Shown piece by piece: positions 20,759-29,387 of a stretch of DNA of 32,000 nucleotides. The position numbers were made by a program, and so were the translations under genes. Under the pieces are notes generated by a model, which was not told the DNA's origin, did not search any database, and saw only the letters and a program-made list of their open reading frames with translations. The stretch spans positions 1 to 32,000 of the forward strand of contig BPTK01000004.1 of the NCBI GenBank assembly GCA_023705905.1. The letters are read 5' to 3'. Numbering within the stretch: the first letter of the stretch is position 1; the number at the start of each line of letters is the position of its first letter. The stretch comes from Candidatus Heimdallarchaeota archaeon (GTDB lineage Archaea > Asgardarchaeota > Heimdallarchaeia > Heimdallarchaeales > Heimdallarchaeaceae).

Positions 20759-20778
20759 TTTTTTCTTTTTCTTTTCTT
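20759..20778 (+). terminator. Oligo-T tract, a likely archaeal terminator after the nuo-like cluster
   Basis: TTTTTTCTTTTTCTTTTCTT begins 19 nt after the stop codon of the last gene. Confidence 0.45.
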
Positions 20779-20833
20779 ACTTTATCTCATAAATCGCTAA
20801 TAATATTTTTAACTTGAGGTATTGTTTTAGTTT

Positions 20834-21199
20834 ATGGAAATATTAGATTATGTTAACGGTATATATGCGATCACTGTTGGAATCTCCCTTAACCTTTTCT
20901 GGGTTGTAGTATTTGTAATGAAATCATCTCACAGGTTTATAGAAGATTCTAAAGAGAGATTATTTCATATTTTAGCTGAGATTTTTATTTCTTCGTTAGC
21001 GCTAATCTCAGGTATAGCAATTTTTTATGAACAGGATTGGGGTTTGTACATTTTCGTTATGGCAATGGGGGCACTAACTTATGCATGTATTAATGCTGTA
21101 GGGATTTATTCAAAGAAGAAATTGTGGTTGTTAGTGGGGACACTTTCTTTAGTAGGAATTATTTCGTTTGTTTTACTATTGTTTAATCTTATATCATAA
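20834..21199 (+). CDS. Hypothetical small membrane protein (about 4 TM)
   Basis: 121-aa ORF with four hydrophobic stretches. I recognise no family. Confidence 0.45.
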   Translation: MEILDYVNGIYAITVGISLNLFWVVVFVMKSSHRFIEDSKERLFHILAEIFISSLALISGIAIFYEQDWGLYIFVMAMGALTYACINAVGIYSKKKLWLLVGTLSLVGIISFVLLLFNLIS

Positions 21200-21241
21200 A
21201 ATAAATATTAAGAAAAAATAGAATAAAAAAGAAAAAAATAA

Positions 21242-21748
21242 TTAGAAATCTGCACTAATTAAACCAGCATTAATTTGTCTTATTCCATTATAAACTACAC
21301 TAGCTACAAAGAGTAATCCAACTAACCATCCTACATAAGGTATAGTGCCGCTGCACACACCAAGTAGAATACCACCTAGCCCACACAAGATATAATGCTG
21401 ACCTGATTTCTTATCCTTTTTATTATATTGAATAATTCCAAGTACAATACCAGCTGGAGGGATAAGAATGGATAATACCATGAAAAGGATTAGCTTATTC
21501 TTCTCTTCTTTTGTTGGAGGAGTTCCTGCTACTACGGGCGCCCCTACAGCAGTTGGTCCAGATGTATTAGTTGGAGGTGTTGGGGCAACTTGAGGTTCAG
21601 CAACAGTCTCTGTGGCAACTTCAACAACTTTTGCACCACAACTGTTACAAAACTGCATGCCTTCTTGTACCTTTTCACCACAATTTGAACAATATACACT
21701 TTTTGACATAATATCACACAATATTTTTTTATATTCAAATTGTTTCAC
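21242..21748 (-). CDS. Zinc-ribbon protein with a Pro/Thr/Val-rich linker and a C-terminal membrane domain
   Basis: CSNCGEKV...FCNSCGAKV (double CxxC), then a low-complexity PQVAPTPPTNTSGPTAVGAPVVAGTPPT linker, then 2-3 TM helices. An alternative ATG is at 21709. Confidence 0.55.
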   Translation of the reverse strand: MKQFEYKKILCDIMSKSVYCSNCGEKVQEGMQFCNSCGAKVVEVATETVAEPQVAPTPPTNTSGPTAVGAPVVAGTPPTKEEKNKLILFMVLSILIPPAGIVLGIIQYNKKDKKSGQHYILCGLGGILLGVCSGTIPYVGWLVGLLFVASVVYNGIRQINAGLISADF

Positions 21749-21799
21749 ATTGAGTTCTATTTAAGAATAACCTATTTGATTTACACGAACCACAGAACC

Positions 21800-22252
21800 T
21801 TACTCATGTTGAACGTCTTCTCCTATACTCCACAGAAAAATCATAGCAGATTTTGGTCCCATTCGGGAAAACTTCTTTGATAGTTCTTTTCTTACAAATC
21901 TATAATTTTCCGATTTATCAAGAGTGTCAAAGAAATCTTGGAATGATCCATATTCTTCTTGTATTCTAGCAAATGCAATAGCATTAACAAGTACAGATTC
22001 TATTTTAGCTCTATTCCTAATAATACGTGGGTTGGAAAGTAGTTCTTCTATATCTTCATCATTGAAGTCACTGACCTGGTCAATTTTGAAATCCTTAAAT
22101 GCAACTCTGAAATCATTCCATTTATCTGATATAAGCTGCCAACTCAATCCAGCTTGAAACACCGTTCGGGCCATATTTTCAAAATAGGCATCATCATCAG
22201 GAGGAAGTTCATCCCTATAAAACCAACCTGTGCGAGGATTATCTTCAGTCAT
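21800..22252 (-). CDS. tag: DNA-3-methyladenine glycosylase I (Tag)-like protein
   Basis: YFENMARTVFQAGLSWQLISDKWNDFRVAFKDF...IIRNRAKIESVLVNA...GSFQDFF matches the Tag/Adenine_glyco pattern. The N- and C-terminal zinc ligands of E. coli Tag are not obvious. Confidence 0.7.
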   Translation of the reverse strand: MTEDNPRTGWFYRDELPPDDDAYFENMARTVFQAGLSWQLISDKWNDFRVAFKDFKIDQVSDFNDEDIEELLSNPRIIRNRAKIESVLVNAIAFARIQEEYGSFQDFFDTLDKSENYRFVRKELSKKFSRMGPKSAMIFLWSIGEDVQHE

Positions 22253-22314
22253 ACTATAAATACGTACTAGACATTTATCTTATTTTTTGTTATACGAGAA
22301 AAATAATGTAAATA

Positions 22315-23832
22315 TCAATGAAGAAAACATCTTGTTTTAGACCAGACAAGAGCTATATCCAATTTATTTGCTACTTCAATTGACTCACTATCACGTATTG
22401 ATCCACCTGGTGCAATGATTGCTTTAATTCCTGATTTCGCTGCATATTCGACACTATCACCATATGGGAAAAAGGCATCAGAAGCTAAAACTGCTCCATT
22501 GGTTATATCCCCAGCTCTTTCAACAGCTAATTTTACTGCTCCTATTCGACTTGTTTGCCCCATTCCTATTCCTAGAGTTCGTGTTCCTTTTGCTACTACA
22601 GCGGAATTTGATTTCACATACTTCAAAACCTTCCATGCCCAAAGCATATCTCGTATTTGTTCTTCAGTAGGTTTTCGTTTAGAAACAAAGTCCAAATCAT
22701 CAGCTGTTATATTCTGCATATCAGCATCTTGAACCAAAATTCCGTTAGGTACATATCGAACAATCATCTCTGGAAGTTGTGTAGAGGGATTGAGTTTGAG
22801 AAGGATTATTCGTTCTTTTTGTTTTAATATTGACAAAGCTTCAGGTTCATAATCTTTTGCAATCATGATATCAACAAAGATTGCATTTAGTTTAGAGGCT
22901 AATTCTGCAGTCACTATTCTATTGAAACCCATAACTGCTCCGTAAGCTGATATTTCATCTGTTTCAAATGCATGATCAAAAGCTGTTTCTATGTTGTCTG
23001 CACAAGCTAATCCACAAGGGGATGTGTGTTTAACTAAAGCAGCTGTAGGCATTTCATGTTCAGATAAGAGTCTCAAGACAGCTAATAGATCGACTATATT
23101 GTTGAATGATACTTCCCTTCCATGTAACTGCTGATAGAAAGGTTTGTGACCTTCAGTCAGATAATATGTACCATTTTGGTGCCAGTTCTCTCCATATCTT
23201 AGAGAAATGGGATGATGTGCTGTGAGATTATATCTTGGTCCGAATGGTTCTCCGATTTGTTTAAGAAAGTAGTTTGAGATGTGAGTATCATAACTGGCTG
23301 ACACAGCAAAAGCTTTCTGAGCAAGTTTCAGTCTATAATCATCATTTATCACTGGCAAGTTATCCATGAGCTCAGAATAGTCTGATGGGTCCACAACTAC
23401 TACTACATTATGATAATTCTTTGCAGCTGATCGAATGAGAGTATTACCTCCAATATCAATATTCTCAATTGCATCATCTAGATTATGAACAGAGTTTATG
23501 ACTTCATAAAAGGGATATTGGTTACACACAACTAGTTTAACTGGAGTAATATCGTGTTCTTTTAGTTGTGATTGATGAAATTGATTATTCTTGGCAAGTA
23601 TACCTGCATGAATGTTGGGGTGAAGAGTTTTCACACGGCCATCAAGTATTTCAGGAAAACCTGTAATGTCTTCAACATGTTTAATGGGGATATTAGCCCC
23701 AGACAGGATCTTAGCAGTTCCACCAGAACATACAATGGTATAATGTCTGGAAATTTCTCTTGCAAATTCAATAATATCTGTTTTATCATAAACACTCAGA
23801 ATAGCTAAAGGTTTAGAGCTGACTGTAATCAT
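22315..23832 (-). CDS. purH: Bifunctional AICAR transformylase / IMP cyclohydrolase
   Basis: 505 aa. The MGS-like N-terminus reads AILSVYDKTDIIEFAR...SGGTAKIL...TGFPEILDGRVKTLHPNIHAGIL. The AICARFT C-domain includes KHTSPCG and GMGQTSR. Confidence 0.95.
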   Translation of the reverse strand: MITVSSKPLAILSVYDKTDIIEFAREISRHYTIVCSGGTAKILSGANIPIKHVEDITGFPEILDGRVKTLHPNIHAGILAKNNQFHQSQLKEHDITPVKLVVCNQYPFYEVINSVHNLDDAIENIDIGGNTLIRSAAKNYHNVVVVVDPSDYSELMDNLPVINDDYRLKLAQKAFAVSASYDTHISNYFLKQIGEPFGPRYNLTAHHPISLRYGENWHQNGTYYLTEGHKPFYQQLHGREVSFNNIVDLLAVLRLLSEHEMPTAALVKHTSPCGLACADNIETAFDHAFETDEISAYGAVMGFNRIVTAELASKLNAIFVDIMIAKDYEPEALSILKQKERIILLKLNPSTQLPEMIVRYVPNGILVQDADMQNITADDLDFVSKRKPTEEQIRDMLWAWKVLKYVKSNSAVVAKGTRTLGIGMGQTSRIGAVKLAVERAGDITNGAVLASDAFFPYGDSVEYAAKSGIKAIIAPGGSIRDSESIEVANKLDIALVWSKTRCFLH

Positions 23833-23932
23833 ACAACCTTGAAAGAAGCACTATAAGCAATTTTTAAACATTTTTAATTGGTTGGATTATTTTGCAAAAT
23901 CAAGCAATTTTGTATGTTGCTGATTGTACCTT

Positions 23933-24685
23933 TTAGCTATCCGTTGTTTCTGCAATGTAAGAAACTCTAGTTTGTTTTTTGTAATCCGTTATATCTCCTC
24001 TATCGATCACATTCTCATCATTCCAGTTTATCTGTTTGAAGTTGAACCCACCATCTATTAATAGAGCTTCAACAAGTGATTTGTTCGGCATTCCTACTAG
24101 GTTTGATGAACCAAATGAAGCCATATCAAAATCTTGATCTTCTTGATAAAACACCATGTATCCGGCGATTTTTTTAGTTTCTCTCCGACGAATACCATGA
24201 AGTTCAGCTTTAGGCAATTGAAAATCTTCAACAAAAGTATCCAGTATCAGATATTTAGGTTTAGTACTTGTTATTAAATCGAGTAATTCTGTTTGATTTT
24301 TAATGTGATAAAAGAATCCAAAACAAAGAATTGTGTCAAATTGTTCTTCTTCAACAGTTGATAAATAATCAAATGCGTCATCTATTACAAACTCATATTG
24401 ATTTGTTTTACAACCCAAAGATCTCAAGTTTTCATTAGCATCACTAACTAGATTAGATCGTGGTTCAACACCCACTACATACCGAGCTCCTAGTTTTAAG
24501 CAAGCATATGTAAATAAACCATCATGACTCGCCAAATCAAGAACTCTTTTATTACGGATTGCATGACTATTCTGGGTTAGAAGCAGTTCACAGCGATAGT
24601 TTAATCGACTGACATCCTTTTTTACGCGACTAGTCTTTAAGAATGGAGTATTTTGATACTCTACAGTAAAACTCATTTTTTTCAA
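23933..24685 (-). CDS. Class I SAM-dependent methyltransferase
   Basis: Motif I-like RVLDLASHDGLFTYACLKLGARYVVGVEPR and a post-I acidic residue, plus FDTILCFGFFYHI. The substrate is unknown. Confidence 0.65.
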   Translation of the reverse strand: MKKMSFTVEYQNTPFLKTSRVKKDVSRLNYRCELLLTQNSHAIRNKRVLDLASHDGLFTYACLKLGARYVVGVEPRSNLVSDANENLRSLGCKTNQYEFVIDDAFDYLSTVEEEQFDTILCFGFFYHIKNQTELLDLITSTKPKYLILDTFVEDFQLPKAELHGIRRRETKKIAGYMVFYQEDQDFDMASFGSSNLVGMPNKSLVEALLIDGGFNFKQINWNDENVIDRGDITDYKKQTRVSYIAETTDS

Positions 24686-24917
24686 GAATCCTTTGTAAAT
24701 TCAGTTAATAACAATTTCCCAAATATATACAAATTTCCATAACATATGCATTTATGGCTTCTTGTGCAAATTTTTAAAAGCGAATTTAGGAGGATTAAAA
24801 GTGCTATTTTTTGTGCTCTTCTAAGAAGGATGTCCTTCCAAAAAGATAACCTTGTTGCAAAGTCAAAATTGTTCTCTTGTTTGTTTTAAATAAGAATAAA
24901 AACAGAAGGGAAGAGGT

Positions 24918-25820
24918 CTAATGATCTCTTCTGAATCTAGTGTATGCATAAGTCACAATCATTAGTGAACCTAGAATAATTAATGGACTTACCCAACTTA
25001 CTTCAGTACCATTTACCTTGTATTCAGGATTTAGTGAAAATTTAACTTCAGTATATTCTACATTCTCTTTATCATCTTCATTATACACAAGAAAGGTAAT
25101 TTTGTAGTAATATAACTCACCTATTGAAGAATACATCAGTTCAATACTAAAATCAAATCGAGCTTCAAATGAAATTCCTGTTGAGAAATAGGAATATTCT
25201 AAATTCAAGTAATACCCACTATATCTCATCTTGTCCAATGTGAATGTGTCTTTTTGTTTAAGATTCACATCATGCAGTGGTTTTTCACTAGGAAAACTTG
25301 TTGTATAATCAGTTTTGAAGTTGAAAGATGAATGATTAACTGGCAGAAACAAACCATACATTTTATGGCCAATCAACCTGATATCAAAATCAGATATTAT
25401 TCCATCATAAGACAGAATAGAATCCATCATATCTACAAAGTAAAAATCTGTTCCTACAACTGAATACCCAATGGACATACTGTCGGTTACATTATCGTAC
25501 CAATAATGTTCTGACAAATAAGTATCATACTCGTCTTGAGTTTCAAAATGCATCAACCCCATGAAGTAAGGAGTAAAATTAGTTCTGAAATACACTTTAT
25601 CACTAACTGTAGTTACATTCCACACTTTCAATGTATCCTCAAATGTTGCCTCGTGAGCTTTTTCTCCATTTTCATAATAGATTGTAGTTACCAAGTCAGA
25701 ATATTCATACATTGAAGCATAATTACCCCAGGTTTCACCTTGGGTTTGAATACCACTAGAACAAACCAAAAATAAAACTAATGCTATTCCATAAGAATAA
25801 GTTTTCGAACCTCCTCTCAT
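24918..25820 (-). CDS. Secreted, C-terminally membrane-anchored protein, hypothetical
   Basis: N-terminal signal-like segment (YGIALVLFLVCSSG), a Tyr/Asn/Asp-rich body with several N-x-S/T sequons, and a C-terminal TM helix plus basic tail (LIILGSLMIVTYAYTRFRRDH). Confidence 0.55.
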   Translation of the reverse strand: MRGGSKTYSYGIALVLFLVCSSGIQTQGETWGNYASMYEYSDLVTTIYYENGEKAHEATFEDTLKVWNVTTVSDKVYFRTNFTPYFMGLMHFETQDEYDTYLSEHYWYDNVTDSMSIGYSVVGTDFYFVDMMDSILSYDGIISDFDIRLIGHKMYGLFLPVNHSSFNFKTDYTTSFPSEKPLHDVNLKQKDTFTLDKMRYSGYYLNLEYSYFSTGISFEARFDFSIELMYSSIGELYYYKITFLVYNEDDKENVEYTEVKFSLNPEYKVNGTEVSWVSPLIILGSLMIVTYAYTRFRRDH

Positions 25821-25921
25821 GATTAATCACATTATATTAGTGAAAAAGGTTATTTAAAGCTACGTAAACTGTTTTTAAACTGGCTTATCCTTATAAGTAA
25901 TGTATACAAAGGAGCAAACCA

Positions 25922-26215
25922 ATGTCAGTGACAAACAACGATGAAGTGCAACATCTTCTTTCACTTCTAGATAAAGCAGCATCAGAAATGATATCCCTTG
26001 GGAATCAATCAACGTTCTCATATTTTGACACTTGTGAAGATTTGGGGTTATATATCAGAGCTATTACGAACAAAGCAAAATCTGGAGAAGTCAATGAACT
26101 CTCGAAATTGTGGTATGTTTTTGCCCCAACAGGAACATGGGATGATTCACATGGATCACAAGAAATTGCCAATGAGATTTTTGAAATATTAAATAGGAAT
26201 TATAAACCAGACTAA
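25922..26215 (+). CDS. Hypothetical protein (97 aa)
   Basis: ORF with an ATG start; AAAGGAG lies 7 nt upstream. I recognise no family. Confidence 0.4.
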   Translation: MSVTNNDEVQHLLSLLDKAASEMISLGNQSTFSYFDTCEDLGLYIRAITNKAKSGEVNELSKLWYVFAPTGTWDDSHGSQEIANEIFEILNRNYKPD

Positions 26216-26259
26216 ACTCCAGAGAAGATTTATCAGTTAAATGCTATCTATTAGTAAGT

Positions 26260-26886
26260 ATGTATGAATGGATAAACCTTGGATTGTTTATTCTGTCCCT
26301 ATTACTATTTTCGGTATTGTATTTCTTCAGTCTGATGCCAATGACTCTAAGTGAAAGATGGGGAGAGAGGTCCTGGAAGGATTGTAGAAATCTAAGATTA
26401 GCTGCCTCATTTTTCGAAATAGTTGCAGTTGTTACACCAATTCTATGGATCTGGTTTCCGATACCTGGACTTGCTTGGGAGATATTTCCTAACTGGTGGA
26501 TTGGAATAATTGTTGGAATTGTAATCATAGTTCCAGGAGCTGTTCTCATGTATAAAGGTGTAAAAGATGCGGGAAAAGAAACCCTTACCCCTTCTAAAGA
26601 ATCTGAAATGTATGGAGGAATTTACATGTATATAAGACACCCCCAATCAATAGGTGAATTACCTATGTTTCCAGCCCTAGCTTTATGTCTAAATTCTTGG
26701 TTCTTATTTATCATAATGACAGCTTTCATTTTGATTTACATGCCTATAATGCTAATTTTCGAAGAAAGAGATTTAGTAAAAAGGTTTGGTGAACCTTTCA
26801 AGGAATACCAAAAAACCACAGGGGCTTATTTTCCTAAACTTAGCGTAGTTAAATCATGCTTTCAACGAAAGAAAAGAAACAAGTGA
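26260..26886 (+). CDS. Membrane methyltransferase of the ICMT/PEMT-like family
   Basis: Multi-TM protein with GGIYMYIRHPQSIGELPMF... and EERDLVKRFGEPFKEYQKTT, the pattern typical of isoprenylcysteine carboxyl methyltransferase-like proteins. Confidence 0.65.
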   Translation: MYEWINLGLFILSLLLFSVLYFFSLMPMTLSERWGERSWKDCRNLRLAASFFEIVAVVTPILWIWFPIPGLAWEIFPNWWIGIIVGIVIIVPGAVLMYKGVKDAGKETLTPSKESEMYGGIYMYIRHPQSIGELPMFPALALCLNSWFLFIIMTAFILIYMPIMLIFEERDLVKRFGEPFKEYQKTTGAYFPKLSVVKSCFQRKKRNK

Positions 26887-26948
26887 AAGAATATTATCAA
26901 AAATTGTAAAAACCTACCCCTTAATTGGAATGAAGTGCTAGTTATCTT

Positions 26949-27494
26949 ATGCCAGAAAAAACTCATCGAGAAAAGATTGAGAGAGTTAGAGAACAAAACA
27001 GTATATTGTTTAAAAAATCTCCAAATTCCCCTCTTACTCATGAACAAAAACTTGACTTCAAAGAACTATCTTATTTTCCAATAGATAAAAAATATGAGTT
27101 CATTGTTGAAATGAAGAAATTTAGTAGTCAAACTCAAATAACTATTCCAACAACTACAGGAAATAATAAAGAGTATATTCGTTTTGGCTATATCGAATTT
27201 GAAATTGATGGTCAGATGAATACTCTCACCGTTCTTAAACCAGTTGAAGGCGATTATTTCTTCCTTCCGTTCAAAGATACAACCACTGGAACAGAATCTT
27301 ACAAAATTGGGAGATATGTGGAGATAGAAAAAATATCGAAAGAGAAGTGGCTAGTGGATTTCAATACTGCTTACAATCCTTTATGTGCATATAATGACAA
27401 TTGGGATTGTTCTCACACACCTGACGAGAATATTCTCAAGATTCCAATCCTCGCAGGTATGAAGATTTACCCGGATTATAGAGGGGGACACTAA
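26949..27494 (+). CDS. DUF1684-family protein
   Basis: 181 aa. The sequences FKKSPNSPLTHEQKLDFKELSYFPID, FLPFKDTTTGTESY and DFNTAYNPLCAYNDNWDCSHTPDENIL resemble DUF1684 as I recall it. Confidence 0.6.
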   Translation: MPEKTHREKIERVREQNSILFKKSPNSPLTHEQKLDFKELSYFPIDKKYEFIVEMKKFSSQTQITIPTTTGNNKEYIRFGYIEFEIDGQMNTLTVLKPVEGDYFFLPFKDTTTGTESYKIGRYVEIEKISKEKWLVDFNTAYNPLCAYNDNWDCSHTPDENILKIPILAGMKIYPDYRGGH

Positions 27495-27512
27495 CTTCCC
27501 TTATTTTCTTCT

Positions 27513-28586
27513 TTATTTCTTTTCCAAATATTTCTCCAAATCTTCTCTTTTTATTTGAGCGCTAATATCTTCTTTGTAAACTTTGAAACCAAGTCTATCA
27601 TTAATTGAAATCATGGGTTTGTTCTCAGTTGCGTTATCAGTTGTAATTATGGTTACATCCGGATAATCTTCTTTGATTTTTAGTAATAATGCAGCTTTCA
27701 ACCATTTCCCAAGTCCACGACCACGATATTCTTGCTTTACACCAGTAAGTAATTGTGATATCATCGTTTTTCTGTCTGATCTACACAACATCTCGGTTAA
27801 CCCAGATATCTTTCCATCTGATTCTATTGTTAGATATGTAAATCGAGTTCTTCCTAGAGAAGACTGTCGTTCTTCTTCTTCTCTTATTACTTCAGGAGTG
27901 AAAACGATATCGTTAATATCTAAATCCCCCAAAGGTTGCTGGTTCAGAGTCTCGGTGTATACCTTGGCATACCCTTCAATGATGTCATCTGGAATAGAAG
28001 GATAATATTTCAATTCAGTACCTGGGGAACGTTTTGGACCATCATTCATCCATTCATTTACCATATTCCAATCAACCTCTTCTAACTTTAGCCGATTTTC
28101 TGCTCCTGTTCCAGCCACTTGAGCTCCAATTGCTTTGAGAAAAGATTTCCCATCTTCTTCGTGTGAACCTGTAATAAGGACGGTTCTATCCGTTTCTTGA
28201 GCATATGCCAAAATTCTTTGTAGCATTTGAGTGCCAAGTCCTTTGCGTCTGTATGCGCTAAGAAGTGTAGCATCAAACTGCATAAGATGCTCATTTCCCT
28301 TAAATGATTCTGCTGTTTCACGAAAAACCAAACCCATTGTTAACCCAACTTGCTTGTTAGTTGAATTATCAATTAAGGAAAATGCTTGAACCTTAAACAT
28401 TGGATGGTTTGCTTGAGACTTCAATGATTTTTCCGACATACTATCTTCTGTATAAGGATCATCTGGACTATCTTCTTCATGTCTTTGTTTTCTATATTCA
28501 TGAAACCGTGTCCATTCATCTTTTGAAAGTGTCAGAGGATCGAATAGCTTAAACTCTATATTTTCTGTTTTAAAGGAATCTGTCAT
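27513..28586 (-). CDS. Tandem GNAT-domain N-acetyltransferase
   Basis: Two acetyl-CoA-binding motifs of the R/Q-x-x-G-x-G/A type (YRRKGLGTQMLQ and YRGRGLGKWLKA) lie in two GNAT-sized halves. Start ATG 28586 (MTDSFKTENIEF) is preceded by an AGGTGG SD. The 71-codon upstream extension in the track overlaps the neighbouring gene and looks non-coding. Confidence 0.75.
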   Translation of the reverse strand: MTDSFKTENIEFKLFDPLTLSKDEWTRFHEYRKQRHEEDSPDDPYTEDSMSEKSLKSQANHPMFKVQAFSLIDNSTNKQVGLTMGLVFRETAESFKGNEHLMQFDATLLSAYRRKGLGTQMLQRILAYAQETDRTVLITGSHEEDGKSFLKAIGAQVAGTGAENRLKLEEVDWNMVNEWMNDGPKRSPGTELKYYPSIPDDIIEGYAKVYTETLNQQPLGDLDINDIVFTPEVIREEEERQSSLGRTRFTYLTIESDGKISGLTEMLCRSDRKTMISQLLTGVKQEYRGRGLGKWLKAALLLKIKEDYPDVTIITTDNATENKPMISINDRLGFKVYKEDISAQIKREDLEKYLEKK

Positions 28587-28721
28587 ATTATTCCACCTAA
28601 TTTTTTGGAGAACTCTTACTATTTGTATATAGCTATTTGCAGTAACAAAAAATGATAATGAAACAAAGAAGTATTTTATAAATAATATAATTCCACAAAC
28701 CTCAAACAGTAGTGTGGATGT

Positions 28722-29267
28722 ATGAAGACTAAAACATATGAAGAAAAAATAATGGAAAGACGAGTAAGATACAATAAATCTTTCAAGAACTCTCCTCATT
28801 CTCCTTTACTTGAGGAGCAAAAAGAAGATTTCAAAGAATTAGAGCAATTTCCCATAGATGAAAAATACCGCATAACGACTCAATTCATAAAAAACGACAA
28901 TCCAGAAGAAATAATAATTTCAACATCCAAGGAAGAAGAGTGAAGATATATTCGTTATGGATTCATTGTTTTTGACATTGATGGCGTAGAAAATAGATTA
29001 ACAATTCTGAAACCACCAACGGACGACTATTTGTTCCTACCTTTCAAAGACAAGACTACTAGAGTAGAATCATATAGAGATGGTAGATATGTTGAAGTTG
29101 CATTGCTTACTAATAATGATATTATAGTTGATTTCAATACTTCCTACAACCCCCTTTGTGCATACAACAATAGATTCAATTGCACCAGAGTTCCTACAGA
29201 GAACATTTTAGAGGTAGCAATACCTGCAGGGCAGAAGATATTTGGAGATTATAGAACAGCAAATTAG
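28722..29267 (+). pseudogene. DUF1684-family paralog interrupted by a single in-frame TGA (28941-28943)
   Basis: Track ORFs 28722-28943 and 29031-29267 are in one frame. Reading through the TGA gives ...STSKEEE*RYIRYGFIVFDIDGVENRLTILKPPTDDYLFLPFKDKTTRVESY..., colinear with the 26949-27494 paralog. Confidence 0.6.
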
Positions 29268-29286
29268 TCATTCACACAAATTCATT

Positions 29287-29320
29287 AAACATTCAATTTT
29301 CACAGAATGTTTATATTTTT
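29287..29320 (+). terminator. Hairpin followed by a T-tract downstream of the DUF1684 paralog
   Basis: aaacattc (29287-29294) and gaatgttt (29305-29312) form an 8-bp stem with a 10-nt loop, followed by atattttt. Confidence 0.35.
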
Positions 29321-29387
29321 ACTTTCTAGAAGAAAAATAATTGGCAATATATAGCTAAAAGTAATATAATATTCAGTAAGTGATTTA

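Noticed and set aside
24825-24838. Perfect palindrome GAAGGA-TG-TCCTTC in the intergenic region upstream of 24918-25820
   Set aside because: It is a single short palindrome with a 2-nt centre, too small to form a hairpin. I found no second copy or associated regulator, so it may be a chance occurrence.
28587-28799. 71-codon N-terminal extension of the GNAT ORF (track start 28799)
   Set aside because: The extension is hydrophobic and low-complexity, overlaps the start of the DUF1684 paralog on the other strand, and lacks an SD. ATG 28586 has an AGGTGG SD and begins the conserved region.
28941-28943. Selenocysteine or genome-wide TGA reassignment to explain the in-frame TGA
   Set aside because: TGA terminates other well-supported genes in the window. 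The context (EEE-TGA-RY) is not a redox CxxU-type site, and I see no obvious SECIS-like element beyond a simple terminator hairpin. It is kept only as a low-probability alternative.
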